Of a stretch of DNA of 36,096 nt, positions 8,877 to 19,009 are shown one piece after another. Every line of letters starts with the position of its first letter. Position 1 is the first letter of the stretch. The notes below the pieces were generated by a model. That model was not told where the DNA came from. It was given only the letters and a program-made list of their open reading frames with translations, and searched no databases. The position numbers and the translations under genes are program-made. Where the stretch lies: NCBI GenBank assembly GCA_036339875.1, contig JAYZAC010000136.1:1-36096 (forward strand). The letters run 5' to 3'. This DNA is from a bacterium. GTDB taxonomy: Bacteria; Muiribacteriota; UBA6191.

Positions 8877-10463
8877 CTAATTATCCGAGCCACTCTTATT
8901 TTCATGTCCACACATATCTAGAGTTCTTTTTAAGTTTTGAGAGAACTCGCTTCTACTTTTTGTCGGTAATAATGCATTGATACGAACATAGTTACCCGCT
9001 GCAATAACACCGCATTGGTTTTTCAAACCTAATTCATGAATTTCCTTAGCAGAGCTCTGCTTAGGTTTATAGCTAACAAAAAATCCACCTGCCACTTCAT
9101 CGGAGCCAACTCTATTGAGGTCTTCATAACCTTTACCTGAGAGAATAGTGGATGTTTTTACTACTTCGTTTGCCATTGATTCAATCATTTGTTGTTCTTC
9201 CTCTGCTACCGCGATGCTAAGTTCAATATCTGAAATATTCATTAGCGGTAATAAAGGGTTTTCGGTTAAACCTCTTCCTACAACATACTGATTTAATACA
9301 TTGCTAAAGGAAAATAAGCCTCTGAGAAGACCTTGAAGAATATCTTTTTCTAAAATATTTACAGCCTCTTGAGATATAGCGTGTGGGTATTGAAAAATTA
9401 AATCAGAATGACGGAACCCGTATATTCCATCTCGTTTCGTTCCGTTAATGCTAACTGCGGTAATCATATTCATGTTATCCATCGGTTGAAGATAATATGA
9501 AAAGGGAAGCTTACTGGAGTGTTTACCTCTCACAAAAGGAAAGTAAGGTTCATCACTCAATGCTAAAATGGCAAAATTCTCGCATGCTATTTCTCGGCAG
9601 ATATCTCCTAATTCCATCGCCTCATCAGGTGTCGGCATTGCACCAGTCGGATTATGTGGAAAATTAAAATAAACAATTGCTTTTGAAAATCCTTCATCAC
9701 GAATCTTATTCAAGGTATCACGTAATGCTCTGGGATTAATTTGACCGTCTATGTCGAGATAATCACATAATTTAGATTGCATACCATGAATTCTGCACTT
9801 TAGGTTCATATTTCCCCAGTAAGTTCTAGGGAAAATTACGGGGCATCCAGAACCACCAAATAACCAAAATACTAAACTTAAAGCGCTTGTTCCGCCGTAA
9901 CAAGGAATTGGGTCAGTAACCAAAGACCGTTGCATCGATACCCTTAAATTTGATGACTGTTTTCCATCTTCCAAATAGCGCAATCTAGCGACTCGGCGAT
10001 ACCAAGGCGCTCCAAGTGAACTTGTATACTTTAGAAGCTCATTACGTACCTGCTGCCACATACCTTCATTACAATCCTCGGGTCGAAGTTCATCAATAAA
10101 GCGGTCTATAAATGGAGCAGCTAGTATATGCCCATCGGTGTCGTGAGCTATGCCTATGCCAGCATTAAAATCTTTCTTAACATTCTTCGCAATAGCTTTA
10201 CTCTGTGCTGGAATACCTGCACTAGGAAATTGGGCTAACTCTGCTTGTGAGCCTCTCAAAAATAATTCAAACGGCTTATGCATCCTGTAAAGATTTTTAT
10301 GCAAAGCTTTTAGTGTTTCAGGTATAGATGGGTATAAAATCTCTAGAATGGCATTTCTTTTTTGAGGATCAACCCTACTAAGCAGCTTCGTCCATTCCTC
10401 GCTATCTTGCTGCTCAGTTGCCAACGAATTTAAAGGGCGTGCTTCAGAAGAATTATTATCCAT
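8877..10463 (-). CDS. PLP-dependent aminotransferase, class I/II (fold type I), with N-terminal extension
   Basis: FNAGIG, GGTSAL, NFPHNPTG, SDEPY (PLP Asp), NGTKRDGIYGFR (Schiff-base Lys region) and C-terminal YVRI (carboxylate-binding Arg). Overlaps the putP stop by 8 bp. Confidence 0.85.
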   Translation of the reverse strand: MDNNSSEARPLNSLATEQQDSEEWTKLLSRVDPQKRNAILEILYPSIPETLKALHKNLYRMHKPFELFLRGSQAELAQFPSAGIPAQSKAIAKNVKKDFNAGIGIAHDTDGHILAAPFIDRFIDELRPEDCNEGMWQQVRNELLKYTSSLGAPWYRRVARLRYLEDGKQSSNLRVSMQRSLVTDPIPCYGGTSALSLVFWLFGGSGCPVIFPRTYWGNMNLKCRIHGMQSKLCDYLDIDGQINPRALRDTLNKIRDEGFSKAIVYFNFPHNPTGAMPTPDEAMELGDICREIACENFAILALSDEPYFPFVRGKHSSKLPFSYYLQPMDNMNMITAVSINGTKRDGIYGFRHSDLIFQYPHAISQEAVNILEKDILQGLLRGLFSFSNVLNQYVVGRGLTENPLLPLMNISDIELSIAVAEEEQQMIESMANEVVKTSTILSGKGYEDLNRVGSDEVAGGFFVSYKPKQSSAKEIHELGLKNQCGVIAAGNYVRINALLPTKSRSEFSQNLKRTLDMCGHENKSGSDN

Positions 10464-11919
10464 TAGCTTTCCTTTGAGAATTACGATTAGTCATATAACT
10501 GACCGCAAGAATTATTATGAAATTTAATACAAAAATAGAAAAACGTTCTGGAGCGAAATTTTGAAAATCTGAGTTTTTCCAAAATATAGTACCAATCGAT
10601 CCAAATAAGAGTCCCACAATTACTCCTTGACGTGTCAACTTCTTCCAATACAAACTGAGAATAACGATTGGACCAAAACTTGAACCTAAGCCGCCCCAGG
10701 CGTAACTAACCATAGCCATTATTGTCTTATCTCCAGTTTTAGCAATATATAATGCGATAATACAAATAATAAATGTAAAAATACGACTAAATAGAAGAAG
10801 TGTTTTTTCCCCTGGCTCATTACCTAGACATCGTCTGTATAAATCTTCACACAATGCAGAGCTACAAACTAACAATTGTGTATCCGCTGTTGACATCATC
10901 GCTGCTATCGCTGCACAAATGAGAATTCCAGCCAACCACGCTGGTAGGTAATAACGCGCAAAAAATGGCATTAATTTCTCTTTAGTTGTATCACCTACAT
11001 TAATACCTTGCTCAAGTAGAAATTCAGGACTAAAAGCTACCTTAGCTATCAAGCCGATTAATACTGCGCCAAGAAAAGCTGGAATTACCCAACAGAATGC
11101 TACTACCATACCTTTTTTGACTTCTTCCGTATTTGGCATAGCCATAAATCTTGTCAACAAATGTGGCTGACCTAGATACCCAAATCCCCAACTTAACCCT
11201 CCCAAAACAAATATTAGAGCAGCAGTCCCTTCTAAACCATTGGTCCAGCTAGTAAATGCAGCATCCTGAATTAAGTTTAATTGATTTAAAAATTGAGGTG
11301 CTCCACCCAAGGCCCAAATACCCATTACAGGAAGAACAACCAAGGCTGTCACCATTAATATAGCCTGCAAAACGTCCGTTAAAACTACCGCTGAAAAACC
11401 CCCAATTATTGTGTAAAGAAGTACTACCAGTGCACCTATAAACATTCCATTTTGCTTATCTATACCAAAAGTCATATTTAATACTTTACCTGCTGCATCT
11501 ACTCCTGATGCGACATAAAATGTATAGAAGAAAATAGATATGATTGCACCTAATGCTAGTATAATTTTACAATTTCCAAATTTTGAACTCAGATATTGAG
11601 GTAGTGTAAGTGAACCATATTCTGTAGTTTGCTGTTGAAGTTTCGCCGCTATAAACTTCCAACTGCAAAATATGCCCAATGCACTTCCAATGGCCGTCCA
11701 AAACTCACCATATCCAACTACTAATGCTGCTGCTGGAAGTCCGAGTAATAACCATGCAGATTCTCCAGATGCACGCTCTGAAAATGCTAAAAACCATCCG
11801 TTAAGTCGTTTTCCGCCAAGTAAATAATCTTCATTGCTACTGTTGCGTCGAGAAGCCCATGCCCCAATAACCAGAACAAACAGTAAGTAGATAATAAAAC
11901 CAATTGATGTTGCATTCAT
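10456..11919 (-). CDS. putP: Sodium/proline symporter (SSS family)
   Basis: DYLLGGKRL, SERASGESAWLLLGLP, GGFSAVVLTDVLQA, WGFGYLGQPHLLTRFMA, AAMMSTADTQLL, VSYAWGGLGSSFGP. Confidence 0.92.
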   Translation of the reverse strand: MNATSIGFIIYLLFVLVIGAWASRRNSSNEDYLLGGKRLNGWFLAFSERASGESAWLLLGLPAAALVVGYGEFWTAIGSALGIFCSWKFIAAKLQQQTTEYGSLTLPQYLSSKFGNCKIILALGAIISIFFYTFYVASGVDAAGKVLNMTFGIDKQNGMFIGALVVLLYTIIGGFSAVVLTDVLQAILMVTALVVLPVMGIWALGGAPQFLNQLNLIQDAAFTSWTNGLEGTAALIFVLGGLSWGFGYLGQPHLLTRFMAMPNTEEVKKGMVVAFCWVIPAFLGAVLIGLIAKVAFSPEFLLEQGINVGDTTKEKLMPFFARYYLPAWLAGILICAAIAAMMSTADTQLLVCSSALCEDLYRRCLGNEPGEKTLLLFSRIFTFIICIIALYIAKTGDKTIMAMVSYAWGGLGSSFGPIVILSLYWKKLTRQGVIVGLLFGSIGTIFWKNSDFQNFAPERFSIFVLNFIIILAVSYMTNRNSQRKANG

Positions 11920-11947
11920 ATTTTTGACCTATCTATTTTTGCTCAAC

Positions 11948-11956
11948 ACTATACCA
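11948..11956 (-). promoter_or_regulatory. Putative extended -10 (TGgTATAGT) for the putP operon
   Basis: TGGTATAGT on the minus strand ~28 nt upstream of the putP ATG. Confidence 0.5.
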
Positions 11957-11971
11957 AATCTTGGTATGACC

Positions 11972-11999
11972 TTGACAGGTCAACCATCAGAGCTAGAAT
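11972..11999 (+). promoter_or_regulatory. sigma70 promoter for the YiiX-like gene, likely leaderless
   Basis: TTGACA (11972-11977), 16 nt, TAGAAT (11994-11999), 6 nt, ATG 12006. No Shine-Dalgarno. Confidence 0.65.
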
Positions 12000-12005
12000 A
12001 TTGTC

Positions 12006-12644
12006 ATGCGATCAAAGTTCATAACCTTAATGATAAGTCTGATTGTAATTTACAAGCCATGGAGCAATCTGCCCTTCCAACCAAAGCTTGGAGATTTTGT
12101 ATTTCAAAATCTATCTAGTAATTTTGCAAGTGGAGTGTCTGGAGCTACAGATAGTATTTGGTCTCACGTTGGTATTATTGACGAAAAAGATAATCAATTT
12201 GTAGTCATTGAAGCTAACTTCAAAGGTGTAATTGAAACTCCTCTAAATGTATTTTTACAACGCTGTAAAAATCGCTATTCAGTTGTTAGGTTGTCTCTAT
12301 CAGATGATATTTTGTCGCGTGTGGTGTCACGCGCCAAAAGTCATTTAGGAAAAAACTATGATTACCTTTTTCGTATTGATGAGGTTGATACACTTTACTG
12401 TAGTGAATTGATTTTTGATGCCCTAGATCATACTTTAAGTTTTTCAAATCCAATATCTCCGAAACCAATGGATTTCAGCGGAGCCATTGACTATTGGACG
12501 AAGTACTTTGAGCGTCATGGTAGTCAAATTCCACAGGGAGCTCCTGGAGTATCTCCTCATGACCTCTTTCTTATTTCTGGTGGAAGCTTAATTTTCCATT
12601 ATGACAAAACACAACTACATTTTCATGAACTATATGATCTGTAA
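12006..12644 (+). CDS. YiiX/YebB-like permuted papain-like (NlpC/P60) amidase
   Basis: GDFVFQ, WSHVGII (His), VIEA, GKNYDYLF, LYCSELI (Cys after His, i.e. permuted order), SPHDL. Hydrophobic N-terminus suggests export or anchoring. Confidence 0.88.
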   Translation: MRSKFITLMISLIVIYKPWSNLPFQPKLGDFVFQNLSSNFASGVSGATDSIWSHVGIIDEKDNQFVVIEANFKGVIETPLNVFLQRCKNRYSVVRLSLSDDILSRVVSRAKSHLGKNYDYLFRIDEVDTLYCSELIFDALDHTLSFSNPISPKPMDFSGAIDYWTKYFERHGSQIPQGAPGVSPHDLFLISGGSLIFHYDKTQLHFHELYDL

Positions 12645-12694
12645 ATTGAGTTCACACCTAAACCTTTGTAGTCTAGGTCTAATAGATTAGGCCG

Positions 12695-14092
12695 CTACAA
12701 GTTCTTAAATACTTCATTTAGACTACTTTTAGCATCTCCAAACAACATACGCGTATTCTCCTTAAAGAATAAGGGATTCTGTACACCAGCATATCCAGTA
12801 GCCATTCCACGCTTAAGTACTACAGTTGTCTTGCCCTTCCAGCACTCCATTACTGGCATACCAGCTATTGGGCTCTCATCATCAGTCTGAGCAGACGGGT
12901 TTACAATATCGTTAGCGCCTATCACAATTGAAACATCGATATCCGGAAATTCTTCATTAATTTCATCCATTTCATAGACAATATCATAGGGAACTTTAGC
13001 CTCTGCTAACAATACATTCATATGTCCAGGCATTCGACCTGCTACTGGATGGATTCCGAATTTTACATTGATTTTCTTTAATCTCAGAGCCTTAGTAATT
13101 TCATACACAATATGTTGCGCTTGGGCTACGGCCATTCCATACCCAGGGATTATCATGATAGTTTTTGATTCATTAAGTAAATCAGCAACCTCTAGTGCCT
13201 GAAGGGTCACTACTTCTCCCTGATCTTCTGAGTCACCAATTTGCTTTGTGCTCGCTGTGGTACCAAAACCGCCTGCAATAACATTTAAAAACTTTCGATT
13301 CATAGCCCTACACATTATGTAACTAAGAATCGCACCACTACTACCCACTAATGCACCTGTTACGATTAAGAGATCATTACTTAACATAAAACCCGTTGCC
13401 GAAGCAGCCCAACCTGAATAACTATTAAGCATTGATACAACCACTGGCATATCAGCTCCACCTATAGCCATGACCATGTGTATACCAAAGAATAGTGCGA
13501 TTGCTGTCATTATTAACAATATATTCAATCCTCCACCCGTTGCTGAATCGATAACAAATAAATTACAGAGATAAACAGACAAGAGTAACAACGCGAGGTT
13601 CAGCCAATGCCTTGCTGGCAGTAAGATTGGGTTTCCTCCGATCTTGCCACTCAATTTTCCAAATGCAATGACAGATCCCGAAAATGTTACAGCACCAATT
13701 AAAATTCCTAGGTAAGTTTCAACATCATGAATCGTCAATTCTATTCCAGCATAACGCGTCAGACGACCCTCATCCATAAAATTAGCAAAACCAATTAATA
13801 CGGCCGCTAATCCAACAAGACTATGAAGAATTGCTACTAATTCTGGCATTTCTGTCATTTTGACTCTTTTAGCCAAAATCAAACCAATAGTAGCTCCTAC
13901 AACCAATCCACCCACAAGAATTTCAATATTTGCGGTCACGGCTCCTAATGTGGCTAATAAAGCCACAACCATTCCCACTATTCCATACAGATTACCTCGA
14001 CGAGCTGTCTCCTGTTTGCTGAGTCCACCAAGAGCCAGAATAAATAAGATGGCTGCTCCAATGTAGGAGGCTGTTACGATACCTTCATTCAT
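12695..14092 (-). CDS. pntB: NAD(P) transhydrogenase subunit beta
   Basis: [79 protein letters not shown]. Confidence 0.98.
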   Translation of the reverse strand: MNEGIVTASYIGAAILFILALGGLSKQETARRGNLYGIVGMVVALLATLGAVTANIEILVGGLVVGATIGLILAKRVKMTEMPELVAILHSLVGLAAVLIGFANFMDEGRLTRYAGIELTIHDVETYLGILIGAVTFSGSVIAFGKLSGKIGGNPILLPARHWLNLALLLLSVYLCNLFVIDSATGGGLNILLIMTAIALFFGIHMVMAIGGADMPVVVSMLNSYSGWAASATGFMLSNDLLIVTGALVGSSGAILSYIMCRAMNRKFLNVIAGGFGTTASTKQIGDSEDQGEVVTLQALEVADLLNESKTIMIIPGYGMAVAQAQHIVYEITKALRLKKINVKFGIHPVAGRMPGHMNVLLAEAKVPYDIVYEMDEINEEFPDIDVSIVIGANDIVNPSAQTDDESPIAGMPVMECWKGKTTVVLKRGMATGYAGVQNPLFFKENTRMLFGDAKSSLNEVFKNL

Positions 14093-14103
14093 AATAAGTG
14101 CTC

Positions 14104-15660
14104 CTACTTTCTAAACATTTCCAGCATTCGGCGAGTTACTGCAAATCCGCCAGTTATATTTATTGCTGTAATCATCACAGCAAACCCAGCAATCCATGAG
14201 ATCATAGGATTACTCGAACTAATTTGAAGCAATGCACCAATAATAATAATACTACTCACAGCATTAGTAACACTCATTAATGGCGTATGCAGCGCCGCAG
14301 TTACATTCCAAGTAACCATATATCCTACGAAACAGGCGAGTACAAATACTGTAAAATGAGCCATGAATGACGCAGGCGCCACAGAACCTAAACCCAGTAG
14401 TAATAAACCACCAACTATAACAAATATTAGCGGACCATTTGATGACGATGTCTCTGTCTCAGCTGGTGCAATATTTTCTTGTTTAGGTGGATCTTTCTTA
14501 ACTGGTTGAGCGGATAATTTTGGTGCCGGAGGCGGATAGGTAATTTGGCCATCTTTAGTTATTGTTGCCCCTCGAACAACCTCATCTTCAAAGTCAACGA
14601 TAGCATTGCCGTCTTTCAACTTACACATATCTGTCAATAAGTGACGTAGATTAGTGGCATATAATTGACTAGCTTGAGCAGACATTCGACTTGGCATATC
14701 AGTGTATCCAATTATAGTTACCCCGTGTTTGTTAACGATTTTACCTGCCTCGGTTAATTCACAATTACCACCCTGTTCAGCGGCAAGGTCAACCACTACG
14801 CTACCATCTTTCAACGCCTTGACATGTTCTTCAAGAATAAGTTTTGGTGCCGGCTTTCCTGGTATGAGAGCTGTTGTAATAATTATATCAACTTCCTCTG
14901 CTTGTTCAGCAAATAAAGCCATTTCAGCATCAATAAATTCCTTACTCATTACCTTGGCATAACCACCCGCGCCAGAACCCTCTTCCTTAAAGTCTAGCTC
15001 TAGGAATTCGGCGTCCATACTTTCAATCTGTTCTTTTACCTCCGGGCGAGTATCAAATGCACGAACAATTGCACCCATACCCTTAGCCGCGCCTATTGCA
15101 GCTAATCCGGCTACTCCAGCACCAATAACCATTACTTTGGCAGGTGGTACTTTTCCTGCAGCGGTGATTTGACCAGTAAAAAATCTGCCAAAATTTTGAG
15201 CGGCTTCAACAACAGCCCGATAACCAGCTATATTAGCCATTGAACTCAATGCATCCATCTTCTGAGCTCTCGATATCCTTGGTATCATATCCATTGCTAA
15301 AGCAGTTACTTTCTTTTTCTCAAGTTTTTTGAGTAATTCTGGGTTTTGTCCTGGCCATAAAAATGAAATCAAAATCTGATTTTCCTTCAAAAGGTTAACT
15401 TCACCAGATTTAAAACCAGAACTATTTTCGGGTCCCCTCACTTTCAGTATTATATCGCTCTGAGACCATATATCCTTGGCGTTCTTGATAATATTAACGC
15501 CAGCAGCACTGTACATTTTATCCGAGAAGTTAGCTTCCTCGCCTGCACCAGTTTCTAAGTGTACGTCAAAACCTAATTTAATAAGCTGCTTGGCCACCTC
15601 TGGTGTAGTCGCAACTCTTTTTTCTCCAGGATAAATTTCTTTGGGAATTCCGATCTTCAT
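14104..15660 (-). CDS. pntA: NAD(P) transhydrogenase subunit alpha (single-chain alpha with TM domain)
   Basis: MKIGIPKE...[60 protein letters not shown]. Start set at ATG 15660, which has a GGAG SD. Confidence 0.98.
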   Translation of the reverse strand: MKIGIPKEIYPGEKRVATTPEVAKQLIKLGFDVHLETGAGEEANFSDKMYSAAGVNIIKNAKDIWSQSDIILKVRGPENSSGFKSGEVNLLKENQILISFLWPGQNPELLKKLEKKKVTALAMDMIPRISRAQKMDALSSMANIAGYRAVVEAAQNFGRFFTGQITAAGKVPPAKVMVIGAGVAGLAAIGAAKGMGAIVRAFDTRPEVKEQIESMDAEFLELDFKEEGSGAGGYAKVMSKEFIDAEMALFAEQAEEVDIIITTALIPGKPAPKLILEEHVKALKDGSVVVDLAAEQGGNCELTEAGKIVNKHGVTIIGYTDMPSRMSAQASQLYATNLRHLLTDMCKLKDGNAIVDFEDEVVRGATITKDGQITYPPPAPKLSAQPVKKDPPKQENIAPAETETSSSNGPLIFVIVGGLLLLGLGSVAPASFMAHFTVFVLACFVGYMVTWNVTAALHTPLMSVTNAVSSIIIIGALLQISSSNPMISWIAGFAVMITAINITGGFAVTRRMLEMFRK

Positions 15661-15776
15661 TGTTTCATCTCCCAATGTTATACGTTATTGGATGAAGCAT
15701 TAAAGTTAGTAAGCGTACCATATCGCTAGAATATTTATAAAATGGAGGTTTAGCTAGATGAAATTTTTTACATAAG

Positions 15777-16170
15777 CTAATTCAAAAGAGTGCTTAAATC
15801 GCTAATATCTTGTAATAATTTATCAGTTTCATCGAAATTATTAACCCTATCATCCTCCAAAACTAGTATTAAATCGGTATTTCGAAAGGTTTCCAGATGC
15901 TTCGTTACTAAAATTATAGATTTAACTCCTTGGTGTTTTTTAAGATCTCTCCATAGGCGAAACTCATTCTTGGCATCAAGACTTGAAGTAACATCATCCA
16001 TCAACAACAAATCTGGACTACCAAGCAATGCTCGAGAAATTGTTAGTCTATTCTTTTATCCGCTAAAAATAGATAAACCTCTTTGTCCCAACATTTTTTC
16101 CTATCCGGCAGGCATAATTTCTGTCTCTTTGAGAATTTGACTGATCTTAGCTTCTAATCGTAAATAAAGT
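15777..16170 (-). pseudogene. Decayed C-terminal fragment of an ABC exporter ATPase domain
   Basis: One frame reads ...KISQILKETEIMPAG*EKMLGQRGLSIFSG*KNRLTISRALLGSPDLLLMDDVTSSLDA...IILVTKH, with in-frame TAG (16101-16103) and TAA (16056-16058). Signature (LSGGQ) degenerate, Walker B/D-loop intact, no Walker A or TMD. Upstream boundary approximate. Confidence 0.85.
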
Positions 16171-16274
16171 CGATATTGTTATAGATGAATCAAATTTGAA
16201 TTTTAAATGGTCGAAAGTAGGCCAAAAATATCTTCAGATCTCGTATACGAAATTTTCCTGCACATACAAATTTA

Positions 16275-16646
16275 CTATCTCCCACAACGCTTACAAGGTG
16301 ATTTCAATGAATACCGTGACTTCGTCCATCGTTTTATGCGATTAAGACCGGAAAACAGTAAGCTACTTGTTGTAGAAGATTTAATAATTAAATACCTGAG
16401 AGGTTTAGCTGCTGGTATTTTTTGCAAAATAAATTTGAAAGCTTGATCGCCTACTAATACACTGCCATCGTCAGCAATAAGATGTAAATTTTTCTCCAAT
16501 TCATCGAGCGGAACACTTTGATCAATGCTGAAATGATACTGTAGATTCACGAGTTCAAATTGATTACTATGGTCCAATCTTCTGATAGCAGTAGCAAATT
16601 TTACGCAAAGCTGGCAGTCAGCATCGTATAGTATTTTATGAGCCAT
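16275..16646 (-). CDS. DCC1-like thiol-disulfide oxidoreductase (DUF393)
   Basis: N-terminal ILYDADCQLC (DxxCxxC) and LHLIADDG..L.G..A. Confidence 0.85.
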   Translation of the reverse strand: MAHKILYDADCQLCVKFATAIRRLDHSNQFELVNLQYHFSIDQSVPLDELEKNLHLIADDGSVLVGDQAFKFILQKIPAAKPLRYLIIKSSTTSSLLFSGLNRIKRWTKSRYSLKSPCKRCGR

Positions 16647-16648
16647 TT

Positions 16649-17185
16649 TTAATTTAATATATCCATTTGAGTGTCTAAATTTGCTATCGGCTCTACGAGC
16701 AGTTTTAATTTCATAGCTTGCTCATGATTTGGTTCATAAGATAAAACTCGATCTAAATGTAGAATCGCCCTAGATAATTTACCTTGCTTGAGATAAACCT
16801 GAGCTAAATTGAGATGTGGAAAATGTTTTGGTTCATATCTCGAGGCCTTGGTAGCCCTTATAAACCATTTAACAGAAGATTCTAATTTGCCAAGACGCAT
16901 TAAATAAACTCCGATATCGTTATAAGGATTTCCAAACTCAGGATCTAGTTGAATCGCCTTGAAGCAAAGATCAATAGCTTCGGTGTAAAGTCCATCATAG
17001 GTGAACATCCAGCCTAAGTAAGTGTACGCATCTGCCGTAGGATAAATTTCCACTGATTTCTTGTAGCATTCCCTGGCTTCGTTTAACTTATTCTTAGCAA
17101 CGAATAAGTTGCCTTGTTCCACAAGAAGCATTGCTTCTTTTAATTGTTTTTCCTCTATGTCATTCGTAGGTTTTATAAGATTCAT
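16649..17185 (-). CDS. Tetratricopeptide repeat protein
   Basis: TPR units: ADAYTYLGWMFTYDGLYTEAIDLCFKAIQLDPEFGNPYNDIGVYLMRLG, PHLNLAQVYLKQG. Start at ATG 17185 avoids overlap with the upstream gene. Confidence 0.88.
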   Translation of the reverse strand: MNLIKPTNDIEEKQLKEAMLLVEQGNLFVAKNKLNEARECYKKSVEIYPTADAYTYLGWMFTYDGLYTEAIDLCFKAIQLDPEFGNPYNDIGVYLMRLGKLESSVKWFIRATKASRYEPKHFPHLNLAQVYLKQGKLSRAILHLDRVLSYEPNHEQAMKLKLLVEPIANLDTQMDILN

Positions 17186-17193
17186 ATATACAA

Positions 17194-18045
17194 CTATTCT
17201 GTAAGCATTCTTGAATGGAATGGTAAACATCTAAATAGATATTCATCTACCCAATACCATTCATGTAATGAGTTTTCATGAAGCAAATCTCTATCTGCCA
17301 AATTAGTAATTCCTCGATCTCTAATGATATCAAGAAGCTTTTGAACCCGAGGCTTATTAGATGTCGGATTGTTGTCATTTGTATACATAATATGAAGATT
17401 TTTCGGAATTTCTCTTTCAAAATCACAAATTATATCTAGAGGATTTTGACTCCTGAATAGAGTTTCATCGGGATCGCTGCCGAAAAGATAAGGAAATTGA
17501 TCAAACGATAAATCTGACGGAGAATCAGGCGTAACTCTTTTGTTGTCATAATTATAATCTAAAATCGAACCATCAAAACTACCAGTACTAACAAAACGAT
17601 TAGGATATGAAAAAGAATATGACAGACTCGTGTAACCTCCTAGAGAAAATCCATCCAAACTCACTTTGTCAATGTCTACGGGATACTTAGTAGCCAATTC
17701 CGGTAGAAAGTGATCGACAAAGTAAACTGCATCTAAAATTGTATCAGGAGGTTCTTTACTTAGACTTAATTCATGCACTTTAGCACTGAAGTAATACTCG
17801 CTTTGATTATGATTACAAGTCTGAGGAAATATGAGACCACATGGCAACAAGTAGTCTTGATCGATTAAATCTTTGACAACCGTAAAGACATTGCGCTTCC
17901 CACGTGAATGATCTTGCCTTGACTGAAACCATTCATCAGGACTAGCTCTGAACAAGGTAATTAAAGGCAATTTTGAGCCAACAAGAAAAGGGTCTGGTAA
18001 ATAAATTACACATGGAATACCTGCGATAACATCTCTCTCAATCAT
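17194..18045 (-). CDS. Alpha/beta-hydrolase, esterase family
   Basis: VIYLP, nucleophile elbow GFSLGG, C-terminal HEWYW. AGGAG SD upstream. Confidence 0.8.
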   Translation of the reverse strand: MIERDVIAGIPCVIYLPDPFLVGSKLPLITLFRASPDEWFQSRQDHSRGKRNVFTVVKDLIDQDYLLPCGLIFPQTCNHNQSEYYFSAKVHELSLSKEPPDTILDAVYFVDHFLPELATKYPVDIDKVSLDGFSLGGYTSLSYSFSYPNRFVSTGSFDGSILDYNYDNKRVTPDSPSDLSFDQFPYLFGSDPDETLFRSQNPLDIICDFEREIPKNLHIMYTNDNNPTSNKPRVQKLLDIIRDRGITNLADRDLLHENSLHEWYWVDEYLFRCLPFHSRMLTE

Positions 18046-18254
18046 TGCTTTTAATCTCCTACCTATAATACATACAAGACCTTACCATAATCTGTGAGTA
18101 TTTTGTGCCCCTTATAAATCACGAGTATTTATTACGATTCACTAGATCTGCATGATTATTCGAGGAATTATACCCGAATTTGATGCAACTTGCGGTACAG
18201 TAGCCAATAAGCAAATATCTAACCGTAATAGAAGAGTTTACGTAACAGAATTTG

Positions 18255-18965
18255 CTACAAAAGACCATGGTTGTCTATATCTAGACAGACACATAAACCC
18301 ATCTCATTAGGTCTAGTAAAATAAACTTTATATTGATTATTCTGATACTGTGCATCGACCCATATATTGTCACGGAGATCCTCGATAATGGCCTTTTCAG
18401 GACCTCCAGCTATCCCAAGTCCTAGTGTTTTCAGGATAGCTTCTTTACCACAGAATAGTTGTAAGCTGCATTTCTGCTTTTCTTGATCAGTTAGAGTTGA
18501 TAAGTAAACCAGTTCAACTTCATTACAAAAAAAATTTCTGAGAGAGTCCTTAAAATATCGCTGCTTTTCTAAATCTAAACCAATTCTGGAGCGGGACAGT
18601 GCAGCTCCGACATATCCGTGAGAATGACTAATTGATACATACCAATCTTCCAATTGCTTATCATTCTTATAAAGTTTGGGTGCATGTGAGTCAGCGTGAA
18701 TATGAACGGTTTCTTGGTTTAAATACCTGAATGCCTGCTTGGCACACCACTTCCCAGTTATCTTTTCAAAACGTCGCTTATCAATTCTACAACGATTAAT
18801 TTCATGTTGTTCAAAGCTGTCCCAACTACTTTCCGAAGCTGTTTCTAAAATTGCTGATATTTTAGCTGTCACTAAAATGAATAGAGTATGTTCAAATACA
18901 ATTACATCGTAATTTTCAAATTGATCGATGTTATTAAACTGTAAATTTGGAATTCGAATTGACAT
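18255..18965 (-). CDS. 4'-phosphopantetheinyl transferase (Sfp-like length)
   Basis: VSISHSHG, IGLDLE, FCGKEAILKTLGLG. Start uncertain; ATG 18965 chosen because it avoids overlap with hemH and follows a TACAAT. Confidence 0.85.
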   Translation of the reverse strand: MSIRIPNLQFNNIDQFENYDVIVFEHTLFILVTAKISAILETASESSWDSFEQHEINRCRIDKRRFEKITGKWCAKQAFRYLNQETVHIHADSHAPKLYKNDKQLEDWYVSISHSHGYVGAALSRSRIGLDLEKQRYFKDSLRNFFCNEVELVYLSTLTDQEKQKCSLQLFCGKEAILKTLGLGIAGGPEKAIIEDLRDNIWVDAQYQNNQYKVYFTRPNEMGLCVCLDIDNHGLL

Positions 18966-18970
18966 GCCAT

Positions 18971-19002
18971 ATTGTAACGTATTTAAGTTAAGCGTGTATA
19001 AT
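18971..19002. promoter_or_regulatory. Back-to-back -10 elements for the divergent PPTase and hemH genes
   Basis: Minus strand: TACAAT (18971-18976), 5 nt, ATG 18965. Plus strand: TATAAT (18997-19002), 7 nt, ATG 19010. Confidence 0.55.
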
Positions 19003-19009
19003 GCGCCGT

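Noticed and set aside
12676..12693. Small hairpin between the convergent yiiX and pntB genes
   Set aside because: Short AT-rich stem, mismatched on the minus strand, no U-tract.
15756..15773. Rex-like box upstream of pntA (AGATGAAATTTTTTACAT)
   Set aside because: Five mismatches to TTGTGAAnnnnTTCACAA in AT-rich DNA; not distinguishable from chance.
16056..16103. In-frame TAG and TAA as possible stop-codon reassignment or readthrough
   Set aside because: TAA, TAG and TGA all terminate conserved genes normally in this window, and the fragment also lacks Walker A. Pseudogene decay is the simpler explanation.
18255..18965. PPTase as a marker of an NRPS/PKS cluster
   Set aside because: No carrier protein, adenylation or ketosynthase gene in the window.
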